DNA from: a bacterium
GTDB taxonomy: Bacteria > UBA8248 > JACPRG01 > G963555815
Assembly (NCBI GenBank): GCA_965261595.1
Contig: CBDHDG010000006.1
Span: 704,001 to 768,000, forward strand
Direction: 5' to 3'
Length of the DNA stretch: 64,000 nucleotides
Shown: one piece after another, positions 58,189 to 64,000 of the stretch
Numbering within the stretch: the first letter of the stretch is position 1
Layout: each line of letters begins with the position of its first letter
Translations under genes and position numbers: made by a program
Notes under the pieces: model-generated
The model's database searches: none
What the model saw: the letters and a program-made list of their open reading frames with translations, nothing else
Told to the model about the DNA's origin: nothing

Positions 58189-59353
58189 GCGGGTCATCAT
58201 CATCGGGGGCGGCATCATCGGGACGACGCTGGCGTGCTTTCTGTCCCGCGACGGCCGGAAGGTGACCCTGGTGGAGCGGGACGCCCTCGCCCGGGCGACC
58301 ACGGCCAAGAACACGGGCATCCTCGCGCTTTGCAGCCGCCCCGCCGATCACCGGGCCGCCATGGCGATTTACGGCCGGAAGGTCTACGAGGCCCTCAAGA
58401 CGGAGCTGAAGGGCGCGTTCGGGATCGACCGGCGGGGGTCGATGGTCATCCTCCCCGCCGAGAGCGCCGGGAGCGTGGAATCCATCGAAGAGAATTGCCG
58501 GCGGCTCAAAGCCCTGGGCGCGGAGGCGGAGATCCTGGACGGCCCGGAGGTGAAACGGCGGGCGCCGGGGCTGGGGGTGGACGTCCGGGCGGCGTTCCTC
58601 GATCCGTCGGCGGCGATTGTGGACGCCGTGGAGATCTCGCGGGCGCTGGCGGCGGACGCCGTCTCGCGCGGGGCGGAGATTCGCGAGTACGAGCCGGTCC
58701 AGTCCATCATAACGCGGGGGGGCCGGGCCGTGGGGGTCCGGACGCACAAGGGAGCGCTCGAAGCCGACGCCGTCGTCGTGGCGGCCGGGGTGTGGTCGCC
58801 CTTCCTGACCGAGGCCCTGGGGGCCGGGACTCACGTCGTCCCCCGCCGGGGACAGCTCCTCTACACGGAGAAAACGGATGTCGTCTCGCGCCACCTCATC
58901 CAGAACGCCAGCTACGTCCTGGACAAGACAGCCGGCGAGCGGGCGGACGAGGAGGCCATGCCGCGATTCCGGTTCAGCTTTACGCTGGATCAGCACGCCT
59001 CGGGGCACTGCGTCCTGGGGACGACCCGCGAGTTCGCCGGGTATGATGAGCGGCTGACGGCGGAGGGCCGGGGGGCCATGCTCGGGGCCCTGCGCACATG
59101 GTTCCCGGGTCTCGGAAAGCTTCGCGTCGTCCGGGAAGCGGCCGGCCTCCGCCCCTGGACAACCGACCACCACCCCCTCGTCGGCCCGTCCTCGAACATC
59201 GAGGGGCTTTGGTACGCCACGGGCCATGAGGGCGACGGGATCAACCTCGCGCCCGTCACCGCCCATTGGATCGCCGCCCTGATGGCCGGACGGTCGCTGG
59301 AGGTCCCGAACGCGGACCTTTCCCTTCTCCTGCCCGGCCGGCTGGGATTATGA
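58175..59353 (+). CDS. FAD-dependent oxidoreductase, DAO/glycine oxidase family (paralog 1)
   Basis: IIGGGIIG, VVAAG.WS, PRRGQ, AGLRP...D..P, ATGHEGDGI. Confidence 0.88.
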   Translation: MSKIERVIIIGGGIIGTTLACFLSRDGRKVTLVERDALARATTAKNTGILALCSRPADHRAAMAIYGRKVYEALKTELKGAFGIDRRGSMVILPAESAGSVESIEENCRRLKALGAEAEILDGPEVKRRAPGLGVDVRAAFLDPSAAIVDAVEISRALAADAVSRGAEIREYEPVQSIITRGGRAVGVRTHKGALEADAVVVAAGVWSPFLTEALGAGTHVVPRRGQLLYTEKTDVVSRHLIQNASYVLDKTAGERADEEAMPRFRFSFTLDQHASGHCVLGTTREFAGYDERLTAEGRGAMLGALRTWFPGLGKLRVVREAAGLRPWTTDHHPLVGPSSNIEGLWYATGHEGDGINLAPVTAHWIAALMAGRSLEVPNADLSLLLPGRLGL

Positions 59354-59434
59354 GACGCGGAAATCTTGGACGGCCGCCCGTCCCCGGGCCATCCGTCGCA
59401 CATCCGTGAAGAACAGGATAGGAGAGAAATCGCC

Positions 59435-60613
59435 ATGTCGAACGTGAACCGGGTCGTCATCATCGGGGGCGGCATCATCGGGACAACCCTGGCGTGCTTT
59501 CTGTCCCGCGACGGCCGGAAGGTGACCCTGCTGGAGCGGGACGCCCTCGCCCAGGGAACAACGGCCAAGAACACGGGCGTCCTCGCGCTTTGCAGCCGTC
59601 CCGCCGATCACCGCGTGGCCTTGGCCTGGTACGGCCGGAACGTCTACGAGAGCCTGAAAAAGGAGCTGAACGATGCGTTCGCCATCGACCAGCGGGGGTC
59701 GATGGTCATCCTCCCGCCGGGAAGCGCCGCGTCGATGGAGTTTCTCGAAAAGACGGTTCGGGGGATCAAGGCCCTGGGCGTAGAGGCGGAGATCCTGGAC
59801 GGCCCGGAGGTGAAGCGGCGGGCGGCGGGGTTGGGGGTGGACGTCCGGGCGGCGCTTTTCGATCCATCCGGCGCGCTGGTCGACGCCGTGGAGATCTCGC
59901 GGGCCTTGGCGGCGGACGCCGTCTCGCACGGGGCGGAAATCCGGGAGCACGAGCCGGTCCGGTCCATCGTAACGCGGGGAGGCCGCGCCGAGGGCGTCCG
60001 GACGGACAAGGGGGAGATCGCGGCCGACGCCGTCGTCGTGGCGGCCGGGGTGTGGTCGCCCTTCCTGGCCGAGGATCTGGGGGTGAAGATCCCCATCGTC
60101 CCCCGCCGGGGGCAGCTCCTCTACACAGAAAAGACGGGCGTCGTTTCACGCCACCTCATCCAGAACGCCAGCTACGTCCTGGACAAAACGGCCGGCGAGC
60201 GGGCGGACGAGGAGGCCATGCCGCGATTCCGGTTCAGTTTCACGCTGCACCAGCACGGCCCGGGACACTGCGTCCTGGGCTCGACGCGGGAGTTCGCCGG
60301 ACATGACGAGCGCCTGACCGACGAAGGCCGGCAGATCATCCTGGAGGCCACGAAAGAATGGTTCCCCGAGGTCGGGCGTCTCCGCATCGATCGGGAGGTG
60401 GCCGGTCTCCGTCCCTGGATGCCCGACCATCATCCCCTCATCGGTCCGTCTTCGGACATCGAAGGTCTCTGGTACGCCACCGGACACGAGGGCGACGGCA
60501 TCAACTACGCGCCTTTCACCGCCAAGTCGATCGCCGCCCAGATGGCCGGGAAAACCGTCGAGATCCCGGGGGTGGACCCGGCGGCCCTGCTGCCCGGCCG
60601 GCTGGGTCTGTGA
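59435..60613 (+). CDS. FAD-dependent oxidoreductase, DAO family (paralog 2)
   Basis: Tandem paralog with the same motifs; RBS AGGAG upstream. Confidence 0.88.
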   Translation: MSNVNRVVIIGGGIIGTTLACFLSRDGRKVTLLERDALAQGTTAKNTGVLALCSRPADHRVALAWYGRNVYESLKKELNDAFAIDQRGSMVILPPGSAASMEFLEKTVRGIKALGVEAEILDGPEVKRRAAGLGVDVRAALFDPSGALVDAVEISRALAADAVSHGAEIREHEPVRSIVTRGGRAEGVRTDKGEIAADAVVVAAGVWSPFLAEDLGVKIPIVPRRGQLLYTEKTGVVSRHLIQNASYVLDKTAGERADEEAMPRFRFSFTLHQHGPGHCVLGSTREFAGHDERLTDEGRQIILEATKEWFPEVGRLRIDREVAGLRPWMPDHHPLIGPSSDIEGLWYATGHEGDGINYAPFTAKSIAAQMAGKTVEIPGVDPAALLPGRLGL

Positions 60614-60666
60614 GAACGCGGGATCTCCGGCGGCCGAAGCGGGGCCGATGAGATCCTTCGTTCCGG

Positions 60667-62229
60667 GTGGATTCCGCGGACCCCCGTGGAGTAAAATTCC
60701 GAAACATCTTCTTTCCGTTTTTTCCCGGCCCGGTAGCTCCAACCCATCCGGTGGGCGCGTTGAATCGAACTTCCAAGTTGAATGAGCTCCTTGCTCTCGA
60801 AGAGGAAGCCGAGGGGGCGGGGGGAGAGATTCCGCTTCATCCGCCGGGTTGGGGACCCCTGGCCGCGGGCGGAATCCTCTGTGAGGCCGGTTCGACCGAA
60901 GCCCAAGGGGGAGGGGGAGAGACGGCCGATCGGGTCGTCGGCAGGCTCATCCAGCTTTACTGGAAGGGGAAGTTCGAGGGACAGCGGCGAAGGGCGCTGG
61001 CGGCCCTTTCGCAAATCGGAGGAGCGGCGGTCCCCAGATATTTCCTGCAAGCGGCCGAATCGCCCGACCCCCAGGTTCGGGAATCCGCCGCCGCGGCGCT
61101 GGGGGCGTTTTCCGGAACGAAGGTCCGCGACGGCCTCCGGTCCCTTCTGGATGATCCAGAGGCCTCCGTTCGCGCTGCGGCCTGTCTCGCGGCGGGAAAG
61201 CAGAAGGACCCTTCCTCCACCGCCCCTTTGGTCAAGCGCCTTCAGGATGAGTCCGGCAAGGTGCGGCGGTTTGCGGCGGAGGCCCTGGGTCTGTTGGGGG
61301 ACCCCGAGGCAACGCCGGCCCTCTTGGGAGCCCTGGAGGACTTGGGATTCGCAGTCCGCAAGCGGGCGGCGGAGACCCTGGGGAAAATCGGCGACCCCGC
61401 CGTTCTGGACAACCTCGCCGGTCGCCTCCGGACGGGAACCGTGGCGGAGAAGTGGAACGCGGCGGAGGCCCTGGCCGACTGGAACGCCCCGGGGGCCGTC
61501 CCCCCCCTGGCGGCCGCGCTCCGCGACGGCTCCGCCAAGGTGCGGAAGCGGGCCGCGTACGCCCTGGGGAACCTTCCCTTCCCCGGCGCGGCGGCGGCGC
61601 TGGGCGAATCGCTTCAGGACGAATCGGCCGAGGTCCGGGGCCGGTCGGCCTACGCCCTGGGCCAGATGGAATCGCCGGAAGCCGCGCGGTTTCTGGTCCC
61701 GGCCCTGGCGGACGAAAATGAATCCGTCCGGAGAAAAGCCGCCGATTCCCTGGCGTCCCTCGCGGCGGGCGCCCCGGCGGGCGGCGAATGGGAAGCGGGC
61801 CGCCGGGCGCTGCGCGCGCTCCTTCGCGGCCCCGATGACGACCTCCGGTTCCGGGCCGCCTTCGGATTGGCCGCGGCGGGAGACGGCGGAGACCCCGACC
61901 CGATGGACACTGTCCGGGAGGCGGCGGGGCGGCCGGAGGCCTTCTACCGGCGCGGGGCCCTGGCCGTTCTCGGCCGGGTGGACGGCGCCGGGGAGGAGGA
62001 GCTGGGATTCCTTTTGAAGGGATTGGAGGACGCCGACCCCGTGGTTCGCCGGATCGCGGCGGAGGCGCTGGGCGGCATCCAACCGGATCGCAGTGTCGAC
62101 ATCAAGTCGGAGCCGCTCATCGAGACCGCCTTGGCGGGCGCCCTCGAGGATTCGGACGCCCGCGTGCGCGCGGCGGCGTTTGAGAGCTGGATGACGCGGA
62201 GGGAGAGAAAGGAGAAAGGCGAGACATGA
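60667..62229 (+). CDS. HEAT/PBS-lyase repeat protein
   Basis: Many L.D....VR..AA.ALG repeats; start uncertain. Confidence 0.82.
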   Translation: MDSADPRGVKFRNIFFPFFPGPVAPTHPVGALNRTSKLNELLALEEEAEGAGGEIPLHPPGWGPLAAGGILCEAGSTEAQGGGGETADRVVGRLIQLYWKGKFEGQRRRALAALSQIGGAAVPRYFLQAAESPDPQVRESAAAALGAFSGTKVRDGLRSLLDDPEASVRAAACLAAGKQKDPSSTAPLVKRLQDESGKVRRFAAEALGLLGDPEATPALLGALEDLGFAVRKRAAETLGKIGDPAVLDNLAGRLRTGTVAEKWNAAEALADWNAPGAVPPLAAALRDGSAKVRKRAAYALGNLPFPGAAAALGESLQDESAEVRGRSAYALGQMESPEAARFLVPALADENESVRRKAADSLASLAAGAPAGGEWEAGRRALRALLRGPDDDLRFRAAFGLAAAGDGGDPDPMDTVREAAGRPEAFYRRGALAVLGRVDGAGEEELGFLLKGLEDADPVVRRIAAEALGGIQPDRSVDIKSEPLIETALAGALEDSDARVRAAAFESWMTRRERKEKGET

Positions 62230-63263
62230 AGGCGGTGATCATCAACGAATACGGCGGACGGGAGGTTTTGCAGTACACGGACATCGATACGCCGAAGCCC
62301 GGCCCGAAGGACGCCCTGGTCAAAGTGGGGGCGGCCGCGACGAACTGGTTTGATGTCATGGCCCGCAAGGGCGACTACAAGCCCTTCAAGACGTTCCCCC
62401 ACGTCCTGGGCGGGGACATCGCCGGCGAGGTGGTCGAGGTCGGCTCGGAGGTGACCCACCTGAAGGCCGGCGACCGGGTGGTCCTGTTCGCCACGGTGGT
62501 GGAGGACAAGCAGGACGAGTTCTGGCTTGCCGGAGACACCAACCGGGCGGTCAAGCGGATGTATTACGGGGCCCACCTGTGGGGCGGGTACGCCCAGTAC
62601 ATGAACGCCTACGCCGAGAACTGGCTGCCCATCGGGGACAAGACCTCCTTCGAGGATTCGGCCGCCTTCAGCATGACGTACCTGACGGCCTGGCACCAGG
62701 TCGTGACCCGGGGCGGGCTGCGGCCCGGAGAGGACGTGCTGGTGCACTCGGCCGGGTCCGGGGTGTCGGTGGCGTCGATCCAGATCGCCAAGCTGACGGG
62801 CTGCCGGGTCATCACGACATCCTCCACCGAAGAGAAATGCAAGCGGGCCCTGGAGCTGGGCGCGGACTCCGCCGTCAATTACCGTGAGCAGGACGTCGTG
62901 AAAGAGGTGAAGGCCCTCACGAACAACCGGGGCGTGGACATGGTCGTCGACAACATCGGCGAGGACACCTGGGACACGAGCATCCGCTGCCTCGTCCGGG
63001 GCGGGAGGATCACGACGTGCGGCGGGACGAGCGGCTATAACGTCCCGATGAACATCGCGCACGTGTTCCACAAAGAACTGAGCATCATCGGTTCGAACTA
63101 CGGATTGATCAAAGAGGCCAAGACGCTGAACAATCTCCTGGACCAGGGCATGTTTGAAGTGGCCCTCGACCGGGTGCTCCCGCTGAAGGACGCCGCCGAG
63201 GGTCACCGGGTTCTGGAGGACCGGGAGAACTTCGGCAAGGTGGTCCTGAAGCCGGAGTTTTAA
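62226..63263 (+). CDS. MDR-family oxidoreductase (quinone reductase / zinc-binding dehydrogenase-like)
   Basis: PHVLG.D.AG.V, GGYAQY, VLVHSAGSGV, FGKVVL; structural zinc cysteines absent. Confidence 0.88.
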   Translation: MKAVIINEYGGREVLQYTDIDTPKPGPKDALVKVGAAATNWFDVMARKGDYKPFKTFPHVLGGDIAGEVVEVGSEVTHLKAGDRVVLFATVVEDKQDEFWLAGDTNRAVKRMYYGAHLWGGYAQYMNAYAENWLPIGDKTSFEDSAAFSMTYLTAWHQVVTRGGLRPGEDVLVHSAGSGVSVASIQIAKLTGCRVITTSSTEEKCKRALELGADSAVNYREQDVVKEVKALTNNRGVDMVVDNIGEDTWDTSIRCLVRGGRITTCGGTSGYNVPMNIAHVFHKELSIIGSNYGLIKEAKTLNNLLDQGMFEVALDRVLPLKDAAEGHRVLEDRENFGKVVLKPEF

Positions 63264-63564
63264 CCTGTAAGCGTATCTTGAGCGGGATTTCCTCTTCCGG
63301 TTGAGCCCGCCCCCTCCGGGGCGTCGGCGCATCCCGAAAATGAAAGCCCCCCGGATGCGGTTGGAATCCGGGAGGGTGTAGGGGCCGTTGCGGAAATTCG
63401 CCGGCGGTGAAGGGTGGTTGACCAATCTGGACCGCGGCGCCCCGGCCTCAGGGTTGCGGTGAATCGTTGTCGACTGATCATCGCAGACAGCGCTAAAATT
63501 TCCCAGACACCCGATTTGATAAAAAAAAACCGGTGTTATTTTGTAAAGAAGCCGATACAATATT

Positions 63565-63586
63565 TATTCCGATGCATATCGGAATA
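63565..63586. promoter_or_regulatory. Palindromic operator candidate TATTCCGAT-GCAT-ATCGGAATA
   Basis: Perfect 9-bp inverted repeat in AT-rich intergenic DNA. Confidence 0.55.
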
Positions 63587-64000
63587 GGAATTGAAAGGTA
63601 ACCTTATGTAGCGTTCGACATTGTTTTTATCCGACAGACGGTGCGGACGGCCGAACCCGCGCGATTCAGGCTGGCCTTTGAAGGCGCCCGGCTTTGATGG
63701 ACACAGCGTGAATCCGGACGGGGGTTTGGAAGAGCCGACCAAGCAAATCGGGGTTTCAACATGATTCATCGTGATCTTCATAAGCAAGAATCTCTCAGAA
63801 ATATCGAGTTGTCCCAGGCGGATAATCCGACCGAAAGCTCAATCGCCGCCGCTGAAAGAATACCGGACCCATCACCGTGGATTCAGATGGCGCGCCCCAT
63901 CCCGAGCCGGCTCCCGGGGCAAAAACAGGCGAGCCGCAAGCCGGCATTCCCTCGTTGGGAGAGCGGCTCACGGAAGAGAAGGGCGCGCAGCTTTATCGGA

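Noticed and set aside
63264..64000. Possible ncRNA or riboswitch in the terminal intergenic region
   Set aside because: No recognisable conserved motif by eye; an Rfam search would be needed

Overview
High-GC bacterial chromosomal window with no rRNA, tRNA or CRISPR array that I could recognise. From left to right: (1) the right end of an IS1595-family element carrying a passenger gene and interrupting a gamma-glutamylcyclotransferase gene, followed by a cluster of short repeats; (2) a catabolic cluster with two hydantoinase/oxoprolinase B paralogs, one A subunit, an NMT1-type binding protein and a class IV aminotransferase; (3) mddA converging on a PhnCDE-like (putative selenate) ABC transporter; (4) ychF, a tldD/pmbA pair, an aldo-keto reductase, an MDMPI-like enzyme and an amidase; (5) an accessory, IS-rich and partly lower-GC region (about 23.7-34 kb) with two IS3-family elements, IS630 and IS481 remnants, a frameshifted LexA/CI-like S24 repressor, a truncated acyl-CoA ligase, and an intact three-gene operon (inactive RecA/RadA-like protein, small helical protein, archaeal-type PolB2 polymerase) that looks like a mutasome; (6) a futalosine menaquinone cluster (mqnE-A-C convergent on mqnL-P-D); (7) housekeeping genes (gatC, pcrA/uvrD, GlmU- and GlmM-like, LpoA-like, site-2 protease, orphan pilM, aroB, aroQ, Xaa-Pro peptidase, efp); (8) an AGCS symporter, two tandem DAO-family oxidoreductases, a HEAT-repeat protein and an MDR oxidoreductase. 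The most notable items are the PolB2 cassette with its divergent repressor, an IS3 with a 16-bp target duplication, a dispersed structured repeat showing compensatory base changes, and a shared palindromic operator. Several frameshifts sit in homopolymer runs and may be sequencing errors. All family calls come from motif recognition by eye; no database search was run.
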